Shown piece after piece: positions 37,101 to 51,800 of a DNA stretch of 64,000 nucleotides (positions within the stretch are counted from its first letter, which is position 1; every line of letters starts with the position of its first letter). The notes below the pieces were generated by a model that made no database searches, had not been told where the DNA came from, and was given only the letters and a program-made list of their open reading frames with translations. The position numbers and the translations under genes are program-made. Origin of the DNA: Eledone cirrhosa (taxonomy: Eukaryota); assembly GCA_964016885.1 (NCBI GenBank), contig OZ024741.1:249364001-249428000 (forward strand). The letters run 5' to 3'.

Positions 37101-39869
37101 CAAGGAGAGATAATATTTAAAAAAATCAGGCGGAGATAATTTGTAAAAAAAATCAGGGGGAGATAATTTGTAAAAAAATCAAGGGGAGATAATTTGTAAA
37201 AAAAAATCAGTGGGAGATAATTTGTAAAAAAAATCAGGGGGAGATAATTTGTAAAAAAAAATCAGGGGTAGATAATTTGTAAAAAAAAATCAGGGGGAGA
37301 TAATTTGTAAAAAAAAAATCAGGGGGAGATAATTTGTAAAAAAATCAAGGGGAGATAATTTCCAGCCGTCCAAGGGGAGATAATTTTCAGCCGTCCAAGG
37401 AGAGGTAATTTCTAGCCGTCCAAGGGGAGATAATTTCCAGCCGTCCAAGGGGAGATAATTTTTTTAAAAAAATCAGGCGGAGATAATTTGTAAACAAAAA
37501 TCAGGGGGAGATAATTTGTAAAAAAAAATCAGGGGGAGATAATTTGTAAAAAAAAATCAGGGGGAGATAATTTGTAAAAAAAATCAAGGGGAGATAATTT
37601 CCAGCCGTCCAAGGGGAGGTAATATCTAGCCATCCAAGGGGAGATAATTTCCAGCCGTCCAAGGGGAGATAATTTCCAGCCGTCCAAGGGGAGATAATAT
37701 CCAGCCGTCCAAGGAGACATATTTTCCAGCCGTCCAAGGAGACGTAATTTCTAGCCGTCCAAGGGGAGATAAGTTCCAGCCTCCAAGGGGAGATAATTTC
37801 CAGCCAGCCAAGGGGAGATAATTTGTAAAAAAATTAGGGGGAGATAATTTGTAAAAAAAAATTAGGGGGAGATAATTTGTAAAAAAAAATCAGGGGGAGA
37901 TAATTTGTAAAAAAAAATCAGGGGGAGATAATTTGTAAAAAAAATCAAGGGGAGATAATTTCCAGCCGTCCAAGGGGAGATAATTTTCAGCCGTCCAAGG
38001 AGAGGTAAATTCTAGCCGTCCAAGGAGATATAATTTCCAGCCGTCCAAGGGGAGATAATTTCCAGCCAGCCAAGGGGAGATAATTTGTAAAAAAATCAGG
38101 GGGAGATAATTTGTAAAAAAAAAATCAGGGGGAGATAATTTGTAAAAAAATCAGGGGGAGATAATTTGTAAAAAAAAAATCAGGGGGAGATAATTTGTAA
38201 AAAAAATCAGGGGGAGATAATTTGTAAAAAAAATCAGGGGTAGATAATTTGTAAAAAAAATCAGGGGGAGATAATTTGTAAAAAAAATCAGGGGGAGATA
38301 ATTTGTAAAAAAAATCAGGGGTAGATAATTTTCAGCCCTCCAAGGGGAGATAATTTCCATCCTTCCAAGGGGAGATAATTTCCAGCCGTCCAAGGGGAGA
38401 TAATTTCCCGCCAGCCAAGGAGAGATAACATTTAAAAAAATCAGGCGGAGATAATTTGTAAAAAAAATCAGGGGGAGATAATTTGTAAAAAAATCAGGGG
38501 GAGATAATTTGTAAAAAAAATCAGGGGTAGATAATTTCCAGCCGTCCAAGGGGAGATAATTTCCATCCTTCCAAGGGGAGATAATTTCCAGCCGTCCAAG
38601 GGGAGATAATTTCCCGCCAGCCAAGGAGAGATAATATTTAAAAAAATCAGGCGGAGATAATTTGTAAAAAAAAATCAGGGGGAGATAATTTGTAAAAAAA
38701 TCAGGGGGAGATAATTTGTAAAAAAAAATCAGGGGGAGATAATTTGTAAAAAAAATCAGGGGGAGATAATTTGTAAAAAAAAATCAGGGGTAGATAATTT
38801 GTAAAAAAAAATCAGGGGGAGATAATTTGTAAAAAAAAATCAGGGGGAGATAATTTGTAAAAAAATCAAGGGGAGATAATTTCCAGCCGTCCAAGGGGAG
38901 ATAATTTTCAGCCGTCCAAGGAGAGGTAATTTCTAGCCGTCCAAGGGGAGATAATTTCCAGCCGTCCAAGGGGAGATAATTTTTTTAAAAAAATCAGGCG
39001 GAGATAATTTGTAAACAAAAATCAGGGGGAGATAATTTGTAAAAAAAAATCAGGGGGAGATAATTTGTAAAAAAAAATCAGGGGGAGATAATTTGTAAAA
39101 AAAATCAAGGGGAGATAATTTCCAGCCGTCCAAGGGGAGATAATATCCAGCCGTCCAAGGAGACATATTTTCCAGCCGTCCAAGGAGAGGTAATTTCTAG
39201 CCGTCCAAGGGGAGATAAGTTCCAGCCTCCAAGGGGAGATAATTTCCAGCCAGCCAAGGGGAGATAATTTGTAAAAAAATCAGGGGGAGATAATTTGTAA
39301 AAAAAAATCAGGGGGAGATAATTTGTAAAAAAATCAGGGGGAGATAATTTGTAAAAAAAAATCAGGGGGAGATAATTTGTAAAAAAAATCAGGGGGAGAT
39401 AATTTGTAAAAAAAATCAGGGGTAGATAATTTGTAAAAAAAATCAGGGGGAGATAATTTGTAAAAAAAATCAGGGGGAGATAATTTGTAAAAAAAATCAG
39501 GGGTAGATAATTTTCAGCCGTCCAAGGGGAGATAATTTCCATCCTTCCAAGGGGAGATAATTTCCAGCCGTCCAAGGGGAGATAATTTCCCGCCAGCCAA
39601 GGAGAGATAACATTTAAAAAAATCAGGCGGAGATAATTTGTAAAAAAAATCAGGGGGAGATAATTTGTAAAAAAATCAGGGGGAGATAATTTGTAAAAAA
39701 AATCAGGGGTAGATAATTTCCAGCCGTCCAAGGGGAGATAATTTCCATCCTTCCAAGGGGAGATAATTTCCAGCCGTCCAAGGGGAGATAATTTCCCGCC
39801 AGCCAAGGAGAGATAACATTTAAAAAAATCAGGCGGAGATAATTTGTAAAAAAATCAGGGGGAGATAAT

Positions 39870-42800
39870 TTGTAAAAAAAATCAGGGGTAGATAATTTCC
39901 AGCCGTCCAAGGGGAGATAATTTCCATCCTTCCAAGGGGAGATAATTTCCAGCCGTCCAAGGGGAGATAATTTCCCGCCAGCCAAGGAGAGATAATATTT
40001 AAAAAAATCAGGCGGAGATAATTTGTAAAAAAAATCAGGGGGAGATAATTTGTAAAAAAAAATCAGGGGGAGATAATTTGTAAAAAAAAATCAGGGGGAG
40101 ATAATTTGTAAAAAAAATCAAGGGGAGATAATTTGTAAAAAAAAATCAGGGGTAGATAATTTGTAAAAAAAAATCAGGGGGAGATAATTTGTAAAAAAAA
40201 AATCAGGGGGAGATAATTTGTAAAAAAATCAAGGGGAGATAATTTCCAGCCGTCCAAGGGGAGATAATTTTCAGCCGTCCAAGGAGAGGTAATTTCTAGC
40301 CGTCCAAGGGGAGATAATTTCCAGCCAGCCAAGGGGAGATAATTTGTAAAATAATCAGGGGTAGATAATTTGTAAAAAAAAATCAGGGGGAGATAATTTG
40401 TAAAAAAAAAATCAGGGGGAGATAATTTGTAAAAAAATCAAGGGGAGATAATTTCCAGCCGTCCAAGGGGAGATAATTTCCAGCCGTCCAAGGAGAGGTA
40501 AATTCTAGCCGTCCAAGGAGATATAATTTCCAGCCGTCCTAGGGGAGATCATTTCCAGCCAGCCAAGGGGAGATAATTTGTAAAAAAATCAGGGGGAGAT
40601 AATTTGTAAAAAAAAAATCAGGGGGAGATAATTTGTAAAAAAATCAGGGGGAGATAATTTGTAAAAAAAAAATCAGGGGGAGATAATTTGTAAAAAAAAT
40701 CAGGGGGAGATAATTTGTAAAAAAAATCAGGGGTAGATAATTTGTAAAAAAAATCAGGGGGAGATAATTTGTAAAAAAAATCAGGGGGAGATAATTTGTA
40801 AAAAAAATCAGGGGTAGATAATTTTCAGCCCTCCAAGGGGAGATAATTTCCATCCTTCCAAGGGGAGATAATTTCCAGCCGTCCAAGGGGAGATAATTTC
40901 CCGCCAGCCAAGGAGAGATAACATTTAAAAAAATCAGGCGGAGATAATTTGTAAAAAAAATCAGGGGGAGATAATTTGTAAAAAAATCAGGGGGAGATAA
41001 TTTGTAAAAAAAATCAGGGGTAGATAATTTCCAGCCGTCCAAGGGGAGATAATTTCCATCCTTCCAAGGGGAGATAATTTCCAGCCGTCCAAGGGGAGAT
41101 AATTTCCCGCCAGCCAAGGAGAGATAATATTTAAAAAAATCAGGCGGAGATAATTTGTAAAAAAAAATCAGGGGGAGATAATTTGTAAAAAAATCAGGGG
41201 GAGATAATTTGTAAAAAAAAATCAGGGGGAGATAATTTGTAAAAAAAATCAGGGGGAGATAATTTGTAAAAAAAAATCAGGGGTAGATAATTTGTAAAAA
41301 AAAATCAGGGGGAGATAATTTGTAAAAAAAAATCAGGGGGAGATAATTTGTAAAAAAATCAAGGGGAGATAATTTCCAGCCGTCCAAGGGGAGATAATTT
41401 TCAGCCGTCCAAGGAGAGGTAATATCTAGCCGTCCAAGGGGAGATAATTTCCAGCCGTCCAAGGGGAGATAATTTTTTTAAAAAAATCAGGCGGAGATAA
41501 TTTGTAAACAAAAATCAGGGGGAGATAATTTGTAAAAAAAAATCAGGGGGAGATAATTTGTAAAAAAAAATCAGGGGGAGATAATTTGTAAAAAAAATCA
41601 AGGGGAGATAATTTCCAGCCGTCCAAGGGGAGGTAATATCTAGCCATCCAAGGGGAGATAATTTCCAGCCGTCCAAGGGGAGATAATTTCCAGCCGTCCA
41701 AGGGGAGATAATATCCAGCCGTCCAAGGAGACATATTTTCCAGCCGTCCAAGGAGAGGTAATTTCTAGCCGTCCAAGGGGAGATAAGTTCCAGCCTCCAA
41801 GGGGAGATAATTTCCAGCCAGCCAAGGGGAGATAATTTGTAAAAAAATCAGGGGGAGATAATTTGTAAAAAAAAATCAGGGGGAGATAATTTGTAAAAAA
41901 ATCAGGGGGAGATAATTTGTAAAAAAAAATCAGGGGGAGATAATTTGTAAAAAAAATCAGGGGGAGATAATTTGTAAAAAAAATCAGGGGTAGATAATTT
42001 GTAAAAAAAATCAGGGGGAGATAATTTGTAAAAAAAATCAGGGGGAGATAATTTGTAAAAAAAATCAGGGGTAGATAATTTTCAGCCGTCCAAGGGGAGA
42101 TAATTTCCATCCTTCCAAGGGGAGATAATTTCCAGCCGTCCAAGGGGAGATAATTTCCCGCCAGCCAAGGAGAGATAACATTTAAAAAAATCAGGCGGAG
42201 ATAATTTGTAAAAAAAATCAGGGGGAGATAATTTGTAAAAAAATCAGGGGGAGATAATTTGTAAAAAAAATCAGGGGTAGATAATTTCCAGCCGTCCAAG
42301 GGGAGATAATTTCCATCCTTCCAAGGGGAGATAATTTCCAGCCGTCCAAGGGGAGATAATTTCCCGCCAGCCAAGGAGAGATAACATTTAAAAAAATCAG
42401 GCGGAGATAATTTGTAAAAAAATCAGGGGGAGATAATTTGTAAAAAAATCAGGGGGAGATAATTTGTAAAAAAAAATCAGGGGGAGATAATTTGTAAAAA
42501 AAATCAGGGGGAGATAATTTGTAAAAAAAAATCAGGGGTAGATAATTTGTAAAAAAAAATCAGGGGGAGATAATTTGTAAAAAAATCAAGGGGAGATAAT
42601 TTCCAGCCGTCCAAGGGGAGATAATTTTCAGCCGTCCAAGGAGAGGTAATTTCTAGCCGTCCAAGGGGAGATAATTTCCAGCCGTCCAAGGGGAGATAAT
42701 TTTTTAAAAAAATCAGGCGGAGATAATTTGTAAACAAAAATCAGGGGGAGATAATTTGTAAAAAAAAATCAGGGGGAGATAATTTGTAAAAAAAAATCAG

Positions 42801-45800
42801 GGGGAGATAATTTGTAAAAAAAATCAAGGGGAGATAATTTCCAGCCGTCCAAGGGGAGGTAATATCTAGCCATCCAAGGGGAGATAATTTCCAGCCGTCC
42901 AAGGGGAGATAATTTCCAGCCGTCCAAGGGGAGATAATATCCAGCCGTCCAAGGAGACATATTTTCCAGCCGTCCAAGGAGACGTAATTTCTAGCCGTCC
43001 AAGGGGAGATAAGTTCCAGCCTCCAAGGGGAGATAATTTCCAGCCAGCCAAGGGGAGATAATTTGTAAAAAAATTAGGGGGAGATAATTTGTAAAAAAAA
43101 ATTAGGGGGAGATAATTTGTAAAAAAAAATCAGGGGGAGATAATTTGTAAAAAAAAATCAGGGGGAGATAATTTGTAAAAAAAATCAAGGGGAGATAATT
43201 TCCAGCCGTCCAAGGGGAGATAATTTTCAGCCGTCCAAGGAGAGGTAAATTCTAGCCGTCCAAGGAGATATAATTTCCAGCCGTCCAAGGGGAGATAATT
43301 TCCAGCCGTCCAAGGGGAGATAATTTTTAAAAAAAAATCAGGCGGAGATAATTTGTAAACAAAAATCAGGGGGAGATAATTTTTAAAAAAAAATCAGGGG
43401 GAGATAATTTGTAAAAAAAAATCAGGGGGAGATAATTTGTAAAAAAAATCAAGGGGAGATAATTTCCAGCCGTCCAAGGGGAGGTAATATCTAGCCATCC
43501 AAGGGGAGATAATTTCCAGCCGTCCAAGGGGAGATAATTTCCAGCCGTCCAAGGGGAGATAATATCCAGCCGTCCAAGGAGACATATTTTCCAGCCGTCC
43601 AAGGAGAGGTAATTTCTAGCCGTCCAAGGGGAGATAAGTTCCAGCCTCCAAGGGGAGATAATTTCCAGCCAGCCAAGGGGAGATAATTTGTAAAAAAATC
43701 AGGGGGAGATAATTTGTAAAAAAAAATCAGGGGGAGATAATTTGTAAAAAAATCAGGGGGAGATAATTTGTAAAAAAAAATCAGGGGGAGATAATTTGTA
43801 AAAAAAATCAGGGGGAGATAATTTGTAAAAAAAATCAGGGGTAGATAATTTGTAAAAAAAATCAGGGGGAGATAATTTGTAAAAAAAATCAGGGGGAGAT
43901 AATTTGTAAAAAAAATCAGGGGTAGATAATTTTCAGCCGTCCAAGGGGAGATAATTTCCATCCTTCCAAGGGGAGATAATTTCCAGCCGTCCAAGGGGAG
44001 ATAATTTCCCGCCAGCCAAGGAGAGATAACATTTAAAAAAATCAGGCGGAGATAATTTGTAAAAAAAATCAGGGGGAGATAATTTGTAAAAAAATCAGGG
44101 GGAGATAATTTGTAAAAAAAATCAGGGGTAGATAATTTCCAGCCGTCCAAGGGGAGATAATTTCCATCCTTCCAAGGGGAGATAATTTCCAGCCGTCCAA
44201 GGGGAGATAATTTCCCGCCAGCCAAGGAGAGATAACATTTAAAAAAATCAGGCGGAGATAATTTGTAAAAAAATCAGGGGGAGATAATTTGTAAAAAAAT
44301 CAGGGGGAGATAATTTGTAAAAAAAAATCAGGGGGAGATAATTTGTAAAAAAAATCAGGGGGAGATAATTTGTAAAAAAAAATCAGGGGTAGATAATTTG
44401 TAAAAAAAAATCAGGGGGAGATAATTTGTAAAAAAATCAAGGGGAGATAATTTCCAGCCGTCCAAGGGGAGATAATTTTCAGCCGTCCAAGGAGAGGTAA
44501 TTTCTAGCCGTCCAAGGGGAGATAATTTCCAGCCGTCCAAGGGGAGATAATTTTTTAAAAAAATCAGGCGGAGATAATTTGTAAACAAAAATCAGGGGGA
44601 GATAATTTGTAAAAAAAAATCAGGGGGAGATAATTTGTAAAAAAAAATCAGGGGGAGATAATTTGTAAAAAAAATCAAGGGGAGATAATTTCCAGCCGTC
44701 CAAGGGGAGGTAATATCTAGCCATCCAAGGGGAGATAATTTCCAGCCGTCCAAGGGGAGATAATTTCCAGCCGTCCAAGGGGAGATAATATCCAGCCGTC
44801 CAAGGAGACATATTTTCCAGCCGTCCAAGGAGACGTAATTTCTAGCCGTCCAAGGGGAGATAAGTTCCAGCCTCCAAGGGGAGATAATTTCCAGCCAGCC
44901 AAGGGGAGATAATTTGTAAAAAAATTAGGGGGAGATAATTTGTAAAAAAAAATTAGGGGGAGATAATTTGTAAAAAAAAATCAGGGGGAGATAATTTGTA
45001 AAAAAAAATCAGGGGGAGATAATTTGTAAAAAAAATCAAGGGGAGATAATTTCCAGCCGTCCAAGGGGAGATAATTTTCAGCCGTCCAAGGAGAGGTAAA
45101 TTCTAGCCGTCCAAGGAGATATAATTTCCAGCCGTCCAAGGGGAGATAATTTCCAGCCGTCCAAGGGGAGATAATTTTTAAAAAAAAATCAGGCGGAGAT
45201 AATTTGTAAACAAAAATCAGGGGGAGATAATTTTTAAAAAAAAATCAGGGGGAGATAATTTGTAAAAAAAAATCAGGGGGAGATAATTTGTAAAAAAAAT
45301 CAAGGGGAGATAATTTCCAGCCGTCCAAGGGGAGGTAATATCTAGCCATCCAAGGGGAGATAATTTCCAGCCGTCCAAGGGGAGATAATTTCCAGCCGTC
45401 CAAGGGGAGATAATATCCAGCCGTCCAAGGAGACATATTTTCCAGCCGTCCAAGGAGAGGTAATTTCTAGCCGTCCAAGGGGAGATAAGTTCCAGCCTCC
45501 AAGGGGAGATAATTTCCAGCCAGCCAAGGGGAGATAATTTGTAAAAAAATCAGGGGGGAGATAATTTGTAAAAAAAATCAGGGGGAGATAATTTGAAAAA
45601 TAAATCAGGGGGAGATAATTTGTAAAAAATATCAAGGGGAGATAATTTCCAGCCCTCCAAGGGGCTATAATTTCCAGCCGTGCAAGGGGAGATAATTTCC
45701 AGCCGTCCAAGGGGAGATAATTTCCATCCTTCCAAGGGGAGATAATTTCCAGCCGTCCAAGGGGAGATAATTTCCCGCCAGCCAAGGGAAGATAATTTTT

Positions 45801-48800
45801 TAAAAAATCAGGCGGAGATTGTAAAAAAAATCAGGGGGAGATAATTTGTAAATAAAATCAGGGGGAGATAATTTGTAAAAAAAATCAGGGGGAGATAATT
45901 TGTAAAAAAATCAGGGGTAGATAATTTTCAGCCGTCCAAGGGGAGATAATTTCCATCCTTCCAAGGGGAGATAATTTCCAGCCGTCCAAGGGGAGATAAT
46001 TTCCCGCCAGCCAAGGAGAGATAACATTTAAAAAAATCAGGCGGAGATAATTTGTAAAAAAAATCAGGGGGAGATAATTTGTAAAAAAATCAGGGGGAGA
46101 TAATTTGTAAAAAAAATCAGGGGTAGATAATTTCCAGCCGTCCAAGGGGAGATAATTTCCATCCTTCCAAGGGGAGATAATTTCCAGCCGTCCAAGGGGA
46201 GATAATTTCCCGCCAGCCAAGGAGAGATAATATTTAAAAAAATCAGGCGGAGATAATTTGTAAAAAAAATCAGGGGGAGATAATTTGTAAAAAAATCAGA
46301 GGGAGATAATTTGTAAAAAAAAATCAGGGGGAGATAATTTGTAAAAAAAATCAGGGGGAGATAATTTGTAAAAAAAAATCAGGGGTAGATAATTTGTAAA
46401 AAAAAATCAGGGGGAGATAATTTGTAAAAAAAAAATCAGGGGGAGATAATTTGTAAAAAAATCAAGGGGAGATAATTTCCAGCCGTCCAAGGGGAGATAA
46501 TTTTCAGCCGTCCAAGGAGAGGTAATTTCTAGCCGTCCAAGGGGAGATAATTTCCAGCCGTCCAAGGGGAGATAATTTTTTTAAAAAAATCAGGCGGAGA
46601 TAATTTGTAAACAAAAATCAGGGGGAGATAATTTGTAAAAAAAAATCAGGGGGAGATAATTTGTAAAAAAAAATCAGGGGGAGATAATTTGTAAAAAAAA
46701 TCAAGGGGAGATAATTTCCAGCCGTCCAAGGGGAGGTAATATCTAGCCATCCAAGGGGAGATAATTTCCAGCCGTCCAAGGGGAGATAATTTCCAGCCGT
46801 CCAAGGGGAGATAATATCCAGCCGTCCAAGGAGACATATTTTCCAGCCGTCCAAGGAGACGTAATTTCTAGCCGTCCAAGGGGAGATAAGTTCCAGCCTC
46901 CAAGGGGAGATAATTTCCAGCCAGCCAAGGGGAGATAATTTGTAAAAAAATTAGGGGGAGATAATTTGTAAAAAAAAATTAGGGGGAGATAATTTGTAAA
47001 AAAAAATCAGGGGGAGATAATTTGTAAAAAAAAATCAGGGGGAGATAATTTGTAAAAAAAATCAAGGGGAGATAATTTCCAGCCGTCCAAGGGGAGATAA
47101 TTTTCAGCCGTCCAAGGAGAGGTAAATTCTAGCCGTCCAAGGAGATATAATTTCCAGCCGTCCAAGGGGAGATAATTTCCAGCCGTCCAAGGGGAGATAA
47201 TTTTTTAAAAAAAATCAGGCGGAGATAATTTGTAAACAAAAATCAGGGGGAGATAATTTTTTAAAAAAAATCAGGGGGAGATAATTTGTAAAAAAAAATC
47301 AGGGGGAGATAATTTGTAAAAAAAATCAAGGGGAGATAATTTCCAGCCGTCCAAGGGGAGGTAATATCTAGCCATCCAAGGGGAGATAATTTCCAGCCGT
47401 CCAAGGGGAGATAATTTCCAGCCGTCCAAGGGGAGATAATATCCAGCCGTCCAAGGAGACATATTTTCCAGCCGTCCAAGGAGAGGTAATTTCTAGCCGT
47501 CCAAGGGGAGATAAGTTCCAGCCTCCAAGGGGAGATAATTTCCAGCCAGCCAAGGGGAGATAATTTGTAAAAAAATCAGGGGGGAGATAATTTGTAAAAA
47601 AAATCAGGGGGAGATAATTTGAAAAAAAAATCAGGGGGAGATAATTTGTAAAAAATATCAAGGGGAGATAATTTCCAGCCCTCCAAGGGGCTATAATTTC
47701 CAGCCGTGCAAGGGGAGATAATTTCCAGCCGTCCAAGGGGAGATAATTTCCATCCTTCCAAGGGGAGATAATTTCCAGCCGTCCAAGGGGAGATAATTTC
47801 CCGCCAGCCAAGGGAAGATAATTTTTTAAAAAATCAGGCGGAGATTGTAAAAAAAATCAGGGGGAGATAATTTGTAAAAAAATCAGGGGGAGATAATTTG
47901 TAAAAAAAAAATCAGGGGGAGATAATTTGTAAAAAAAAATCAGGGGGAGATAATTTGTAAAAAAAATCAGGGGTAGATAATTTGTAAAAAAAATCAGGGG
48001 GAGATAATTTGTAAAAAAAATCAGGGGGAGATAATTTGTAAAAAAAATCAGGGGTAGATAATTTTCAGCCGTCCAAGGGGAGATAATTTCCATCCTTCCA
48101 AGGGGAGATAATTTCCAGCCGTCCAAGGGGAGATAATTTCCCGCCAGCCAAGGAGAGATAACATTTAAAAAAATCAGGCGGAGATAATTTGTAAAAAAAT
48201 CAGGGGGAGATAATTTGTAAAAAAAAATCAGGGGTAGATAATTTCCAGCCGTCCAAGGGGAGATAATTTCCATCCTTCCAAGGGGAGATAATTTCCAGCC
48301 GTCCAAGGGGAGATAATTTCCCGCCAGCCAAGGAGAGATAATATTTAAAAAAATCAGGCGGAGATAATTTGTAAAAAAAATCAGGGGGAGATAATTTGTA
48401 AAAAAATCAGGGGGAGATAATTTGTAAAAAAAAATCAGGGGGAGATAATTTGTAAAAAAAAATCAGGGGGAGATAATTTGTAAAAAAAAATCAGGGGTAG
48501 ATAATTTGTAAAAAAAAATCAGGGTGAGATAATTTGTAAAAGAAAAATCAGGGGGAGATAATTTGTAAAAAAATCAAGGGGAGATAATTTCCAGCCGTCC
48601 AAGGGGAGATAATTTTCAGCCGTCCAAGGAGAGGTAATTTCTAGCCGTCCAAGGGGAGATAATTTCCAGCCGTCCAAGGGGAGATAATTTTTTTAAAAAA
48701 ATCAGGCGGAGATAATTTGTAAACAAAAATCAGGGGGAGATAATTTGTAAAAAAAAATCAGGGGGAGATAATTTGTAAAAAAAAATCAGGGGGAGATAAT

Positions 48801-51800
48801 TTGTAAAAAAAATCAAGGGGAGATAATTTGTAAAAAAAAATCAGGGGTAGATAATTTGTAAAAAAAAATCAGGGGGAGATAATTTGTAAAAAAAAAATCA
48901 GGGGGAGATAATTTGTAAAAAAATCAAGGGGAGATAATTTCCAGCCGTCCAAGGGGAGATAATTTTCAGCCGTCCAAGGAGAGGTAATTTCTAGCCGTCC
49001 AAGGGGAGATAATTTCCAGCCGTCCAAGGGGAGATAATTTTTTTAAAAAAATCAGGCGGAGATAATTTGTAAACAAAAATCAGGGGGAGATAATTTGTAA
49101 AAAAAAATCAGGGGGAGATAATTTGTAAAAAAAAATCAGGGGGAGATAATTTGTAAAAAAAATCAAGGGGAGATAATTTCCAGCCGTCCAAGGGGAGGTA
49201 ATATCTAGCCATCCAAGGGGAGATAATTTCCAGCCGTCCAAGGGGAGATATTTTCCAGCCGTCCAAGGAGAGGTAATTTCTAGCCGTCCAAGGGGAGATA
49301 AGTTCCTGCCTCCAAGGGGAGATAATTTCCAGCCAGCCAAGGGGAGATAATTTGTAAAAAAATCAGGGGGAGATAATTTGTAAAAAAAAAATCAGGGGGA
49401 GATAATTTGTAAAAAAATCAGGGGGAGATAATTTGTAAAAAAAAAATCAGGGGGAGATAATTTGTAAAAAAAATCAGGGGGAGATAATTTGTAAAAAAAA
49501 TCAGGGGTAGATAATTTGTAAAAAAAATCAGGGGGAGATAATTTGTAAAAAAAATCAGGGGGAGATAATTTGTAAAAAAAATCAGGGGTAGATAATTTTC
49601 AGCCCTCCAAGGGGAGATAATTTCCATCCTTCCAAGGGGAGATAATTTCCAGCCGTCCAAGGGGAGATAATTTCCCGCCAGCCAAGGAGAGATAACATTT
49701 AAAAAAATCAGGCGGAGATAATTTGTAAAAAAAATCAGGGGGAGATAATTTGTAAAAAAATTAGGGGGAGATAATTTGTAAAAAAAATCAGGGGTAGATA
49801 ATTTCCAGCCGTCCAAGGGGAGATAATTTCCATCCTTCCAAGGGGAGATAATTTCCAGCCGTCCAAGGGGAGATAATTTCCCGCCAGCCAAGGAGAGATA
49901 ATATTTAAAAAAATCAGGCGGAGATAATTTGTAAAAAAAATCAGGGGGAGATAATTTGTAAAAAAATCAGGGGGAGATAATTTGTAAAAAAAAATCAGGG
50001 GGAGATAATTTGTAAAAAAAATCAGGGGGAGATAATTTGTAAAAAAAAATCAGGGGTAGATAATTTGTAAAAAAAAATCAGGGGGAGATAATTTGTAAAA
50101 AAAAATCAGGGGGAGATAATTTGTAAAAAAATCAAGGGGAGATAATTTCCAGCCGTCCAAGGGGAGATAATTTTCAGCCGTCCAAGGAGAGGTAATTTCT
50201 AGCCGTCCAAGGGGAGATAATTTCCAGCCGTCCAAGGGGAGATAATTTTTTTTAAAAAATCAGGCGGAGATAATTTGTAAACAAAAATCAGGGGGAGATA
50301 ATTTGTAAAAAAAAATCAGGGGGAGATAATTTGTAAAAAAAAATCAGGGGGAGATAATTTGTAAAAAAAATCAAGGGGAGATAATTTCCAGCCGTCCAAG
50401 GGGAGGTAATATCTAGCCATCCAAGGGGAGATAATTTCCAGCCGTCCAAGGGGAGATAATTTCCAGCCGTCCAAGGGGAGATAATATCCAGCCGTCCAAG
50501 GAGACATATTTTCCAGCCGTCCAAGGAGACGTAATTTCTAGCCGTCCAAGGGGAGATAAGTTCCAGCCTCCAAGGGGAGATAATTTCCAGCCAGCCAAGG
50601 GGAGATAATTTGTAAAAAAATTAGGGGGAGATAATTTGTAAAAAAAAATTAGGGGGAGATAATTTGTAAAAAAAAATCAGGGGGAGATAATTTGTAAAAA
50701 AAAATCAGGGGGAGATAATTTGTAAAAAAAAATCAGGGGGAGATAATTTGTAAAAAAAAAATCAGGCGGAGATAATTTGTAAAAAAATCAAGGGGAGATA
50801 ATTTCCAGCCGTCCAAGGGGAGATAATTTTCAGCCGTCCAAGGAGAGGTAATTTCTAGCCGTCCAAGGGGAGATAATTTCCAGCCGTCCAAGGGGAGATA
50901 ATTTTTTTAAAAAAATCAGGCGGAGATAATTTGTAAACAAAAATCAGGGGGAGATAATTTGTAAAAAAAAATCAGGGGGAGATAATTTGTAAAAAAAATC
51001 AGGGGGAGATAATTTGTAAAAAAAATCAAGGGAAGATAATTTGTAAAAAAAAATCAGGGGTAGATAATTTGTAAAAAAAAATCAGGGGGAGATAATTTGT
51101 AAAAAAAAAATCAGGGGGAGATAATTTGTAAAAAAATCAAGGGGAGATAATTTCCAGCCGTCCAAGGGGAGATAATTTTAAGCCGTCCAAGGAGAGGTAA
51201 TTTCTAGCCGTCCAAGGGGAGATAATTTCCAGCCAGCCAAGGGGAGATAATTTGTAAAAAAATCAGGGGTAGATAATTTGTAAAAAAAAATCAGGGGGAG
51301 ATAATTTGTAAAAAAAATCAGGGGGAGATAATTTGTAAAAAAAATCAGGGGTAGATAATTTCCAGCCGTCCAAGGGGAGATAATTTCCATCCTTCCAAGG
51401 GGAGATAATTTCCAGCCGTCCAAGGGGAGATAATTTCCCGCCAGCCAAGGAGAGATAACATTTAAAAAAATCAGGCGGAGATAATTTGTAAAAAAAATCA
51501 GGGGGAGATAATTTGTAAAAAAATCAGGGGGAGATAATTTGTAAAAAAAATCAGGGGTAGATAATTTCCAGCCGTCCAAGGGGAGATAATTTCCATCCTT
51601 CCAAGGGGAGATAATTTCCAGCCGTCCAAGGGGAGATAATTTCCCGCCAGCCAAGGAGAGATAATATTTAAAAAAATCAGGCGGAGATAATTTGTAAAAA
51701 AAATCAGGGGGAGATAATTTGTAAAAAAATCAGGGGGAGATAATTTGTAAAAAAAAATCAGGGGAGATAATTTGTAAAAAAAATCAGGGGGTGATAATTT

